From the IMG/VR virus record IMGVR_UViG_3300012925_000006: a DNA stretch of 64,000 nucleotides, one strand, 5' to 3'. Source of the DNA: a virus (Duplodnaviria; Heunggongvirae; Uroviricota; Caudoviricetes). Below, one piece after another: positions 1 through 7,644 of this stretch (the first letter of the stretch is position 1; each line of letters starts with the position of its first letter). Below the pieces are notes generated by a model. That model had not been told where the DNA came from. It made no database searches and saw only the letters and a list, made by a program, of their open reading frames with translations. The position numbers and the translations under genes were made by a program.

Positions 1-135
1 AATTGATTGATTGATAATGTAGGATGAGGAGAATGGGTCAGGGAATGGTCGGAGATTGTTGTTAGTGGTATGGGGGGATACAATGGGAGGGGATTGCGGG
101 GTCTGGTTGAAAGAGGGGGGAGGGGGGGGGATAAG
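1..135. repeat. G-rich tract (runs of G5-G9) at the window start, atypical for this AT-rich genome
   Basis: Direct reading: gggggg, ggaggggattgcgggg, gaggggggaggggggggg within 60-130; G-quadruplex potential. Confidence 0.5.
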
Positions 136-523
136 CGAAATAATTAGTTGCAATAATCTTTTGGATAAGTCAAAACTAAATATAGTTAGTGAATTGTTAG
201 GACTATTAGCTACAACGTTGTACTTTAGCATTTCAATCTATTACTTATGGCCTGGAAGAAATCGGATCCCAACGCAACAAAACATAATGGTGCCTGTTCT
301 ATGGCCTTTGGCCGGCTATCACCCCTTTGGCTGCTGCCCGCGTTGCGATGAATTACATAATGGCGCTAAGGCACGTACAGAGGGCTGGGATCAGCATAAA
401 TTCAAACTACAGCAAGAAGCCTTAGAACTGGAACGCATTAAGGCTCATTTCGCCCCGGGCGGCAGAGGATATGAATTGAATAAACAAGGATTAGGCCACA
501 CAGATACGGCATTTCAATGGTAA
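56..523 (+). CDS. Hypothetical protein; N-terminal part probably not real (lies in the G-rich tract). C-terminal half looks protein-like with a CxxC pair
   Basis: Six-frame ORF; a later internal Met is the more likely true start. Confidence 0.25.
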   Translation: MLLVVWGDTMGGDCGVWLKEGGGGGISEIISCNNLLDKSKLNIVSELLGLLATTLYFSISIYYLWPGRNRIPTQQNIMVPVLWPLAGYHPFGCCPRCDELHNGAKARTEGWDQHKFKLQQEALELERIKAHFAPGGRGYELNKQGLGHTDTAFQW

Positions 524-532
524 ATTATAATT

Positions 533-724
533 ATGGCAAGGAAATATACATATACAACAGTTGATACATTACCGGCAGGAGCCGTGACCGTTCGGGAATA
601 CTGTAATCAACGCAATTGGCCTAACGTACAGAATTTCTACAATAAGATTAAGGACGGCAAACTGCCTGAGGTAGAGATCATTCTATATTGTAATACAAAT
701 TTTGTTGTAGCAAAGGCCGATTAG
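533..724 (+). CDS. Hypothetical small early protein (63 aa)
   Basis: ORF track; ATG start with an AT-rich upstream region. Confidence 0.45.
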   Translation: MARKYTYTTVDTLPAGAVTVREYCNQRNWPNVQNFYNKIKDGKLPEVEIILYCNTNFVVAKAD

Positions 725-838
725 TGGTTTCTGGGTATTTTTTAAAATAATCACTGACATGCTTGGAATAGCCCTTACAACGTTGTACATTTGAATAACA
801 AGACAGCTAAATAGTAAATCTTTTAAAAACTTATAATT

Positions 839-985
839 ATGAAAAAGTTCAAAGTATTCAAAGTAGGCCGCAAGTCTGGTCGCCGTTCTATTCTTCGCCG
901 TAATTTGAGCGAAGCAGAAGCCCGGCAAGTGGTCAAGTCTTACCCGAATAGCAATAGGTCCATGGTGTGCTATGCGGCCCAATAA
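839..985 (+). CDS. Small basic protein (48 aa, MKKFKVFKVGRKSGRRS...), below the ORF-track size cutoff
   Basis: Read by hand: ATG 839, TAA 983-985; fits the tight spacing of the small-gene array. Confidence 0.3.
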   Translation: MKKFKVFKVGRKSGRRSILRRNLSEAEARQVVKSYPNSNRSMVCYAAQ

Positions 986-1021
986 CGTTTATATCGTTCA
1001 TTAATTAATAAATTAAAATAT

Positions 1022-1198
1022 ATGACTTACAATCAATTTCAAACACTCTGTAAAGAAGCATGGAGGACTGAAGGACAAGGCAATAGCTCAATCTGTAGGG
1101 TTCACGAATGTCTTTTAAAAGCTAAAAAACATCCTGCTCAATCCCCTAATGATGTAATAGGCATAGCATGGAAAGTATATAAGGCTCTTTATCTCTAA
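1022..1198 (+). CDS. Small hypothetical protein (58 aa)
   Basis: Read by hand: ATG 1022, TAA 1196-1198. Confidence 0.3.
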   Translation: MTYNQFQTLCKEAWRTEGQGNSSICRVHECLLKAKKHPAQSPNDVIGIAWKVYKALYL

Positions 1199-1218
1199 TT
1201 AAATTAAAAACCAATATT

Positions 1219-1548
1219 ATGAGTTACAAATGGAAGCCATCAGCAGCAAAAAAACGCGAATTTGCTGAAAGAATGTCGAATCCTGAAGAACAAGCTGCTT
1301 ATGAGGCACGCAAACGGAGCAGGATTGAAGCAAAACAGGCGACAAGTAAATTTAGTTATGGATCAGCCGGGGGCAATTACGTCCCCACCCAAGCCCAGCA
1401 TAATTTCTGCCTATCCAATTGGCCTGCAAATACCACTCCTGAACAGGAAGATGCCCGAAATCAGGTGCTATACGGCTATAGCTGTCAAGAGAAGATACAC
1501 CACGATTATATCCATATCGTTAACGAATTAATTCGCTCTATTAATTAA
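1219..1548 (+). CDS. Hypothetical early protein (109 aa, Lys/Arg-rich N-terminus)
   Basis: ORF track; ATG 8 nt after an A-rich stretch. Confidence 0.5.
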   Translation: MSYKWKPSAAKKREFAERMSNPEEQAAYEARKRSRIEAKQATSKFSYGSAGGNYVPTQAQHNFCLSNWPANTTPEQEDARNQVLYGYSCQEKIHHDYIHIVNELIRSIN

Positions 1549-1568
1549 TACTAAATACCTAATAAGTT

Positions 1569-1781
1569 ATGAAAGGATTTGACACAAAACAACAAGCTAA
1601 TACAGCGATGGAATTGGCCTTTGGTCGCATCCTTAGAATGGGAATAAGAGAGACGAAAGAAGGGGATATTCAAGAATACTTTCGGTGTAGAGACATTATA
1701 TTTGATGCTGCCGAATATCTTGGAATGGATACAGCGTCGCCTTACGAACACAACTATCAAAGAGATCGAATTAATTACTAA
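1569..1781 (+). CDS. Hypothetical small protein (70 aa)
   Basis: ORF track. Confidence 0.5.
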   Translation: MKGFDTKQQANTAMELAFGRILRMGIRETKEGDIQEYFRCRDIIFDAAEYLGMDTASPYEHNYQRDRINY

Positions 1782-1801
1782 CTAAATAAACCTTCAGTGT
1801 T

Positions 1802-1984
1802 ATGAAATATTATAAAGGAATGCCCCTGAAAGAGTTCATTTACAAAAACTATGGATTCTCATTAACCTCTCAGCAACAAGAAGAGGCGCAAGCCGATTGG
1901 GACCAATTACAAGATCCTGCATTCTATTGGGAAGATGCCCATTCTTGCTATTTGGGTGAAAACTTCATTATCTATCTTAATTAA
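1802..1984 (+). CDS. Hypothetical small protein (60 aa)
   Basis: ORF track. Confidence 0.45.
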   Translation: MKYYKGMPLKEFIYKNYGFSLTSQQQEEAQADWDQLQDPAFYWEDAHSCYLGENFIIYLN

Positions 1985-2006
1985 CTCTTATATAAATACC
2001 TCTTTT

Positions 2007-2240
2007 ATGAAATTAATTTATCTTCAAAAAACAGAACGCCCAGCATATGAGAAGGATGATCAATATAGCCTCTCCGTAGAACTACCTAGTGGGAAAATCC
2101 AACAGGTCAATTGCGAATTCAAAGACATTGAACCCATTATCTTAGAGCTTCATGGTTTAGGAATACAGGGCCACCGCAGATATGATTCCATGAATGACAG
2201 CCATTTAACTGAATGGGAAATTCCTTCTTTAACAAAATAA
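2007..2240 (+). CDS. Hypothetical small protein (77 aa). Internal Met of ORF 1935-2240 is preferred because 1935-1984 overlaps the preceding gene
   Basis: ORF track plus start re-evaluation. Confidence 0.4.
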   Translation: MKLIYLQKTERPAYEKDDQYSLSVELPSGKIQQVNCEFKDIEPIILELHGLGIQGHRRYDSMNDSHLTEWEIPSLTK

Positions 2241-2251
2241 ACCCCTCAATC

Positions 2252-2359
2252 ATGAAAAAGCCCCTTTCCATAAACATTTTACTAGTCAGTTTATTTATTG
2301 GAGTATGTATATTGGCTTATTATTTAGCTCCTCAGTTTCCTAGTATTGTACGTAATTAA
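2252..2359 (+). CDS. Very small hydrophobic protein (35 aa, MKKPLSINILLVSLFIGVCILAYYLAPQFPSIVRN), single TM helix
   Basis: Read by hand: ATG 2252, TAA 2357-2359. Confidence 0.3.
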   Translation: MKKPLSINILLVSLFIGVCILAYYLAPQFPSIVRN

Positions 2360-2376
2360 TTATAAAACAAAACATT

Positions 2377-2604
2377 ATGTCCGATTTCAAAGCAAATAAA
2401 ATAGATTCTCTCTTGAGACGCAAGAGGCGACCTACTGAATACCGTATAACATTTTGGGACCACCATGATGATTATGTGGAATACACAACAATTGTAGGAC
2501 ATAAGATAGAAGCCAGAACTGTTGCTAATCAAGTAAAGAAATCTCTTTTTAAACTTGGGGTTATCCCTGGCAATTGCAAAACAACAATAGAAAAATCATT
2601 TTGA
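2377..2604 (+). CDS. Hypothetical small protein (75 aa)
   Basis: ORF track. Confidence 0.5.
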   Translation: MSDFKANKIDSLLRRKRRPTEYRITFWDHHDDYVEYTTIVGHKIEARTVANQVKKSLFKLGVIPGNCKTTIEKSF

Positions 2605-2640
2605 TCTATTTCTCTCTCGGCCTAACCCGATACCGTTTAA

Positions 2641-2877
2641 ATGGATCGGGATTTGGCAGTAAAATTAATTAACATGAAATTTAAATTAGAAATACGGGGC
2701 GAAACCATTGGTGATATTATGGATGAGATCAAAGATGTCGAACGCCGTCTAAAATCAGAAATAGTAATGCGTACTGGAGACAATACAGGATCACAGGACT
2801 ATGTTAGCACTTTTGAAATTAGAGAAGGCAATTTATCGCACCCATTTGTATTTAAAATACCCAACCATAAAAAATAG
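2641..2877 (+). CDS. Hypothetical small protein (78 aa)
   Basis: ORF track. Confidence 0.5.
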   Translation: MDRDLAVKLINMKFKLEIRGETIGDIMDEIKDVERRLKSEIVMRTGDNTGSQDYVSTFEIREGNLSHPFVFKIPNHKK

Positions 2878-2910
2878 AAAATATTTAATAATCTATTAAA
2901 ATAAAAAACC

Positions 2911-3111
2911 ATGTTACCTTTTGATCTTGAAAAACAAATGGAGAAAGGCACTCTGCTATATACCTTCAAAGATATGTTAGAATTAATGGCTTGGGCCTCC
3001 CTTCCAGAAGATACCCGGGAGGGATATACAATTGAATATTTCAAAGAAACCTATCCAGATGTATTTGATAAGAAAATAATTGAAGCAAATAGAATACTTC
3101 AATGCGCTTAA
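2911..3111 (+). CDS. Hypothetical small protein (66 aa)
   Basis: ORF track. Confidence 0.5.
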   Translation: MLPFDLEKQMEKGTLLYTFKDMLELMAWASLPEDTREGYTIEYFKETYPDVFDKKIIEANRILQCA

Positions 3112-3136
3112 TCACTATTTACTAAAATAAACTATT

Positions 3137-3361
3137 ATGGAAAATTTAAAATCAGCCGCGTCGGGCTTTACAGCACATTTTGACGGAGAAAATACTGACG
3201 TACAATATGGATTCACCAAATTAGAAAAGGCTGCATTAATGATAGCTCAGGGAGGAGTGGCAACTTGGGATGGGAAAGACGTGGACCCCACTAATTCTAA
3301 AATTTTCGCCTCCAACTGTGTTCTTTTAGCAAAATTAGTCCTTGAAGAAGCCAATAAATAA
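3137..3361 (+). CDS. Hypothetical small protein (74 aa)
   Basis: ORF track. Confidence 0.5.
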   Translation: MENLKSAASGFTAHFDGENTDVQYGFTKLEKAALMIAQGGVATWDGKDVDPTNSKIFASNCVLLAKLVLEEANK

Positions 3362-3479
3362 ACCTTATGTACCAATACCGTAAACAATATCGTTTATATC
3401 TATTATGGCCTGGATCTCCTTCTCTTTCATTTAGAGAATGGATTTCAGTGAATTATGTTCATCTTATAAACTTATAGAA

Positions 3480-3653
3480 ATGTCAGATTTAAAAATAAAT
3501 TGGGACGCTCTTCCAGAAACAACGCAATTAGAAATAAAAATAGAACACGATATTAAGGTATTAAATATCATATTTATTGCCGTAGCGATTTTTTTGTTCT
3601 TAGCTGGAACTGCTTGTATTATTTATTCATTCTACTTAGCTAATAAGATATGA
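3480..3653 (+). CDS. Small membrane protein (57 aa from internal Met MSDLKINW...; C-terminal TM helix IIFIAVAIFLFLAGTACIIYSFYLA)
   Basis: ORF 3438-3653; internal start preferred; hydrophobic segment read directly. Confidence 0.4.
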   Translation: MSDLKINWDALPETTQLEIKIEHDIKVLNIIFIAVAIFLFLAGTACIIYSFYLANKI

Positions 3654-3838
3654 CAAAAGAAGAATTATATGACAAACATTATCAGATGCTAAATACAAAA
3701 GGGCATACTTGTATAAGTGTAGAATACGCTATCAGTGTATTAGAAGAGGTGAGCCAAACTTTGTCAAATAAATTCATGACCAAATCAGCAAAAGATATTG
3801 AATTTAAAATTCAGCAACTTAAAAAAATTATATCATGA
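3650..3838 (+). CDS. Hypothetical small protein (62 aa)
   Basis: ORF track; start overlaps the previous stop. Confidence 0.45.
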   Translation: MTKEELYDKHYQMLNTKGHTCISVEYAISVLEEVSQTLSNKFMTKSAKDIEFKIQQLKKIIS

Positions 3839-3981
3839 ATGAAAACAAAATAGAACCACTATATACAGATAATGAGCTTGTTAAATTTGGGGACTATTGC
3901 CGGTCATTCGATAGAGATCCAGTCACTACCGAAGAACTATTGAAGCTTTATATTAATACTAGGATTCCGTCAACAATTTAA
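3835..3981 (+). CDS. Small hypothetical protein (48 aa); ATGA overlap with the preceding gene
   Basis: Read by hand: ATG 3835 overlapping TGA 3836-3838; TAA 3979-3981. Confidence 0.3.
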   Translation: MNENKIEPLYTDNELVKFGDYCRSFDRDPVTTEELLKLYINTRIPSTI

Positions 3982-4000
3982 GGATAGCTGGCAATCCCTC

Positions 4001-4038
4001 AGCCCTTGGACGAAAGTTCAGGGGCTTTTTCTTTGGAG
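4001..4038 (+). terminator. Weak intrinsic terminator for the + strand early array (5-bp GC stem agccc/gggct followed by tttttcttt)
   Basis: Hairpin plus T-run read directly. Confidence 0.4.
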
Positions 4039-4044
4039 TGACCC

Positions 4045-4078
4045 TATTAAAAAAGGAGGGCCATTCCTGGCACCTCCT
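4045..4078 (-). terminator. Intrinsic terminator on the - strand (9-bp stem ggagggcca/tggcacctcc with one bulge; T-run on the - strand)
   Basis: Direct reading; tttttt follows the hairpin on the - strand. Confidence 0.55.
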
Positions 4079-4107
4079 CTAGCGTTTAGCTATTGAAAAC
4101 TGGCTTC

Positions 4108-4329
4108 TTAATTCATGTTCAGGACGGGAAATGGCGCTTTGGAAACGATTTTAGATTGCTCCTGAAGCGCTACTAATATTCTGGCTACTTGATGGGAAAG
4201 GTCTATGTTGCCCATAAATCTGACGCATACAAAGGGATCTATTATTTCATTGAGCAAATCTAGTTGAGACTGCTTGGTACAACTTTCCACCCATTTTATG
4301 AACGTGTTCGCTGTGTCGTAAAGCTCCAT
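4108..4329 (-). CDS. Hypothetical 73-aa protein lying alone between terminators
   Basis: ORF track; bracketed by - strand terminators at 4045-4078 and 4346-4380. Confidence 0.4.
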   Translation of the reverse strand: MELYDTANTFIKWVESCTKQSQLDLLNEIIDPFVCVRFMGNIDLSHQVARILVALQEQSKIVSKAPFPVLNMN

Positions 4330-4345
4330 TTTAAATGATTTTAAG

Positions 4346-4380
4346 TGATAAAAAAGACCGGCCTCTCTACAAAGCCGGCC
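4346..4380 (-). terminator. Intrinsic terminator on the - strand (ccggc/gccgg stem, 11-nt loop, T-run on the - strand)
   Basis: Direct reading. Confidence 0.45.
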
Positions 4381-4482
4381 CTCCTAAACCTTATCTATGA
4401 AAATAATCAGCGAATGATCCAGATAGCCTATAAAGGTCTCCGGATTCCAAACCTAACTGCCTTATGAGAAAAAGATAAATTC

Positions 4483-4520
4483 ATTTTAAAAAGGAGCCTG
4501 ATGGAGATCCATCGGGCTCC
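4483..4520 (-). terminator. Strong intrinsic terminator on the - strand (12-bp stem ggagcctgatgg/ccatcgggctcc with one G-U, 4-nt loop, T-run on the - strand)
   Basis: Direct reading. Confidence 0.6.
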
Positions 4521-4572
4521 ACGATAGAACCCCTTCTATCTTTAAATCGACCCTATGAAAAAAGAACTTTAT

Positions 4573-4606
4573 TTTTAAAAAAGCCGGATTACTATTTCCA
4601 TCCGGC
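4573..4606 (-). terminator. Intrinsic terminator on the - strand (7-bp stem gccggat/atccggc, T-run on the - strand)
   Basis: Direct reading. Confidence 0.55.
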
Positions 4607-4943
4607 GTAAGCCATCCTTAGTTAACATCCTTATGGGCAATCTAGGAAGCGTCCCGCTCAAACTCAGATGCTTCGCCGTGACAACTATGTAGCTATTGCG
4701 CCACGAAAGGCATCCCCTAGTTTTGGCCGGAGGAAGCTACGCCTTTATGCTCTTCAATGATTTAGCCCTGCTGGATGATCTCCCCCACATCCTACATATC
4801 CCTTATTCATGCTACACCCACTGCGATCAGTAGCACAAGAGGCAAAGAATAAAGTTAACAAAATAATGCAGAATAGCTTAGTGATTGTTTTCATCTTGTA
4901 TTTTTTAGATGTTTTAAAAGAGGGTTACGGATGGCCTTTCATT

Positions 4944-5240
4944 TTAATCAATCCCAATATCTGCTGTGTGTTCAGAGGGGATTGTGCTGGCTGTGATCAT
5001 GTAGGCCGCTTCCGAAAATTGCTTATCGCTTACATTGTCCTTTGAAATTTCAAGATAATCAAACAATCCCAAGACTCTTGCACTTCCGTTATTCCACATG
5101 TTTTTGAGGGCCTTGGCAATAAGTCTTTCATGTGATCCGTCAAAGCCATTCAGGATTGCCTCTATCGCTACATTTGGAATTGTAATATGCAAAAGTTCGT
5201 GCATTAATTCATTCCTTACTATAGGGGTTGATGTTTTCAT
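4944..5240 (-). CDS. Small protein (98 aa) with an HExxH motif (NELMHELLHI); possible minimal zincin-like metallopeptidase
   Basis: HELLH read from the translation; last gene before the terminator cluster. Confidence 0.4.
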   Translation of the reverse strand: MKTSTPIVRNELMHELLHITIPNVAIEAILNGFDGSHERLIAKALKNMWNNGSARVLGLFDYLEISKDNVSDKQFSEAAYMITASTIPSEHTADIGID

Positions 5241-5500
5241 AACTTCATGATTATTGATTTTGAAGCATCTTCCATGCCTAGAAAGTAGTTTGCACTATCT
5301 TTATAAAGATGCGCTTTTTCGTTATTGGTTGGCAAGTATTTATATCCCGAATCAATACATCGATTAAAATTACTGCTTGCTTCATTGAATTCACCACGCG
5401 CAATTTCAAAGGCATCCTTCTTTGGCTTTGGTTCTGGCTTTGGCTCTGTACAAGAAATAAACAAAACGAGAAAGATGACTATAGGGGTTGTATTTTTCAT
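5237..5500 (-). CDS. Small lipoprotein (87 aa; signal peptide then Cys, ...VLFISCTEPKPEPKPKK)
   Basis: Hydrophobic N-terminus, lipobox-like ISC, Pro/Lys-rich linker. Confidence 0.5.
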   Translation of the reverse strand: MKNTTPIVIFLVLFISCTEPKPEPKPKKDAFEIARGEFNEASSNFNRCIDSGYKYLPTNNEKAHLYKDSANYFLGMEDASKSIIMKL

Positions 5501-5506
5501 GGCTAC

Positions 5507-6382
5507 TTACTTTATATTGAATAATGCGGAACCTCCTGTCATGTAGGTTGGTAGCTTACCGTCCCATTTTTCAGCCTTCACTAATTCGATGTAGTTGGGA
5601 GAGGCGCTTAATACTTGCGTCTTTACCTTAATTACTTCGGCATCAGCAAGGGCATTGATTACCTTAGACGCGCTATCTCCCCGGGCTGTTGCTATTAATT
5701 TATTGGCTTCGGCAATAGATTGCTGCAATTGCATCTTAGAGGTTTCGGCATCTTGCTTAGCCTTGATCTTTGCATTAATGGAGGCCGCAAGATTTGAATC
5801 ACTTGGAATAGGTTGTTTTGTGATATTGAAATTATCTACAATGAATCCCTCTTTCCCTAGCCTTTCTGTTAATGTGGCAGCAACGGTATGCTCGTAATAA
5901 GGAAGGTTATTTAATACAGAATCTACGGTCATGGTGCCTGATAAATCCTGCATAGTTCCTCTTACTACATTCCTAAGATAAGTACTTGTGATCCTATCAA
6001 GATCGTCTGTTCTATACTTTAGGTAAATTTTGCTAGCCTTGTTTGGATCAACTCGATAATTAAAGCCAATATCCATTTTAAATCCCGCGCCACCCAAACA
6101 AGATACTGTAATTTGCTGGCCTGTAGAGGCCCCTTCGCCGCCCTCTTCGCTCCAAACTACATGCTGTTAGGTAGTTGGAAGCGTTACAATGTAAGAAAAC
6201 CCGGGGAAAACGAAATTATATCCTGTGATAACAGGCAGACTATCAACGCCCCTATAATCCCCGGAATTACTTATTTTAAAGCCCACCTCCGTGGGGCTTA
6301 CCCGGTGACACCCCAAAAATATGAAAATAATGAATAAAACGGCTATCACTCCGGCGATGGTAATTGTCGATACTGATTTCAT
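5507..6382 (-). pseudogene. SPFH/band-7 (stomatin/HflK/C-like) membrane protein split by one in-frame TAA (6167-6169) into a 71-aa N-terminal TM part and a 196-aa C-terminal part
   Basis: N-terminal TM helix then RVSPTEVGFKISNSGDYRGVD...; C-terminal Ala/Gln-rich coiled region typical of SPFH; both ORFs are in the same frame (coordinate arithmetic verified). Confidence 0.6.
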
Positions 6383-6576
6383 TTCTGTTTTATTTTTTTA
6401 ATTAAGAAAAGAATTAAAGCCGCTATCATCAAAACAATAATAATAAGGCCGAATGTATTTTCGAAGGTTGATCTAGTACTCATTAAATGAAAAGATATAT
6501 CTGTTATCCAAAATACTGAAATAAATGCGAAAAGAACTATAAAAACAACGGCTATATCTTCAAAGTATTTTTTCAT
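6379..6576 (-). CDS. Small two-TM membrane protein (65 aa); start overlaps the SPFH gene
   Basis: Two hydrophobic segments and a basic C-terminus (KKIKQK). Confidence 0.5.
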   Translation of the reverse strand: MKKYFEDIAVVFIVLFAFISVFWITDISFHLMSTRSTFENTFGLIIIVLMIAALILFLIKKIKQK

Positions 6577-6577
6577 G

Positions 6578-6739
6578 TTACCGGCTTATGTAATCGTATA
6601 AATTATCGTATTGCTCAATAAACTTTTCTATTTCCGTAGCCAATGATTTTTTATTCTTCTTTGCAAATCGCATGGCATTTTTGTACGGGGCCTCCTTCGC
6701 TTTATAAGTTCTTACTTTTCTTTTTTCTGCCGTTTTCAT
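6578..6739 (-). CDS. Small basic protein (53 aa, MKTAEKRKVRTYKAKEAPYKNAMRFAKKNKK...); its TAA abuts the next ATG
   Basis: Read by hand; stop-start junction taacATG. Confidence 0.3.
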   Translation of the reverse strand: MKTAEKRKVRTYKAKEAPYKNAMRFAKKNKKSLATEIEKFIEQYDNLYDYISR

Positions 6740-6846
6740 GCTGTAAAGGTAATACGTATATCCATACTTCCAAATTTATTTTTAGGAAAATGAAAAACCC
6801 GCCTTACAGGGCGGGAAACTAAACAGTATATATGGAACAGAAAATA

Positions 6847-7380
6847 CTAAGATTCGTTCCTAGATAAAGCGCCTGAACTTGAAAGGATTACTTTACGGAC
6901 ATTAGCGGGTTGGATTGTATATAATGGACGGCGCACTCCTACAATCCTCTCTTTTGCAATACGGGCTATGTCATGCATATCTGATTGATTCCCACCCAAT
7001 CCGTGATAGGCTTCCGAATCTTCCCCTACATATTGTGTAACATGCCCTCCTCCTGATCGTTTAATTACCAATACATCACCTAACATAGCCAAATTAATAG
7101 GTATTTCAATTCCCCAGTGAAGCCATTCCAGTGCCGAAAGTAAGAGATTTGGATTGAATGGATGTCCGGCACGTTTTGCTACTATTCCCATGTCCAAACC
7201 GCACCAAGGGACAGAATCTGCCCCGTACCAGGATATTCCTAGTTCTTTAGCCCATCCCATTATGGCCGGATTGTCGCCGTTCCCTTGTACTTCTTGAACT
7301 CCATATAATTTAAGGGATTCCAAAAGCATTTTAGGCCCCGGTTCACTGAGAAGCCACTTGTATTGATCAGGCAAAGTCAT
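6847..7380 (-). CDS. Putative endolysin: CHAP-like / TIGR02594-type peptidoglycan hydrolase (177 aa)
   Basis: Motifs QGNGDNPAIMGW, VPWCGLDMG (candidate catalytic Cys) and GGGHVTQYVG (candidate His), as in CHAP/TIGR02594 phage hydrolases; sits inside a holin-like gene cluster. Confidence 0.6.
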   Translation of the reverse strand: MTLPDQYKWLLSEPGPKMLLESLKLYGVQEVQGNGDNPAIMGWAKELGISWYGADSVPWCGLDMGIVAKRAGHPFNPNLLLSALEWLHWGIEIPINLAMLGDVLVIKRSGGGHVTQYVGEDSEAYHGLGGNQSDMHDIARIAKERIVGVRRPLYTIQPANVRKVILSSSGALSRNES

Positions 7381-7490
7381 TGTTGAAATAGTTTATAATA
7401 TCCATATATAAATAAACAGATAGTTAATGCCATAAATAAAATCACAGCCAAGCATCCAATAATTACTTTATCTTTCTTGGGCCGATTCAT
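7377..7490 (-). CDS. 37-aa single-TM protein (MNRPKKDKVIIGCLAVILFMALTICLFIYGYYKLFQQ); its TGA overlaps the endolysin ATG (ATGA)
   Basis: Read by hand; translational coupling to the endolysin. Confidence 0.35.
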   Translation of the reverse strand: MNRPKKDKVIIGCLAVILFMALTICLFIYGYYKLFQQ

Positions 7491-7633
7491 AGAATCTTCT
7501 TAATAGCATCTTCAGCAGCTTTTAGGCGTGCTTCGAATGCTTTGAATTTTTCAGAATGCAGTCCTTGTGTTGATAAAAGAGTGGCGACAGTGCCAACTAC
7601 AATTCCTATGATTAACCATACATACCAAGCCAT
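7487..7633 (-). CDS. 48-aa single-TM protein with an amphipathic tail (MAWYVWLIIGIVVGTVATLLS...); ATGA overlap with the next ORF
   Basis: Read by hand. Confidence 0.35.
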   Translation of the reverse strand: MAWYVWLIIGIVVGTVATLLSTQGLHSEKFKAFEARLKAAEDAIKKIL

Positions 7634-7644
7634 ATGTTTTTATT

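Larger units (their letters stand above)
4440..4640. repeat. Degenerate tandem units of about 85-95 bp, each = [c(c/t)tatga(a/g)aaaaag + A/T-rich stretch + ttttaaaaaag] followed by a GC hairpin
   Basis: Hand alignment of 4461-4545 with 4546-4640; 4380-4460 matches partly. Confidence 0.5.

Noticed and set aside
1000-2360. Recurrent TTAATTAA / AATTAA motif 15-30 nt upstream of many early-gene start codons, considered as a promoter element
   Set aside because: It coincides with the stop codon of the preceding gene, several of which end in ...IN* or ...LN* (aat taa), within a tightly packed array. It is better explained by gene ends in AT-rich DNA than by a promoter. No TTTG/TAnnTTTG-type Bacteroidota promoter could be aligned by eye either.
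4809-5045. 78-aa + strand ORF at the operon end
   Set aside because: It overlaps the better-supported - strand HExxH gene and lies directly after the terminator cluster with no start context; likely spurious.
5507-6382. In-frame TAA in the SPFH gene as evidence for stop-codon reassignment (alternative genetic code)
   Set aside because: Giant ORFs (2619, 1585, 1386, 1018 aa) are intact under the standard code, TAA terminates most genes here, and TAG ends the endolysin. A genome-wide recoding is therefore not supported; a local nonsense mutation, sequencing error or readthrough is more likely.
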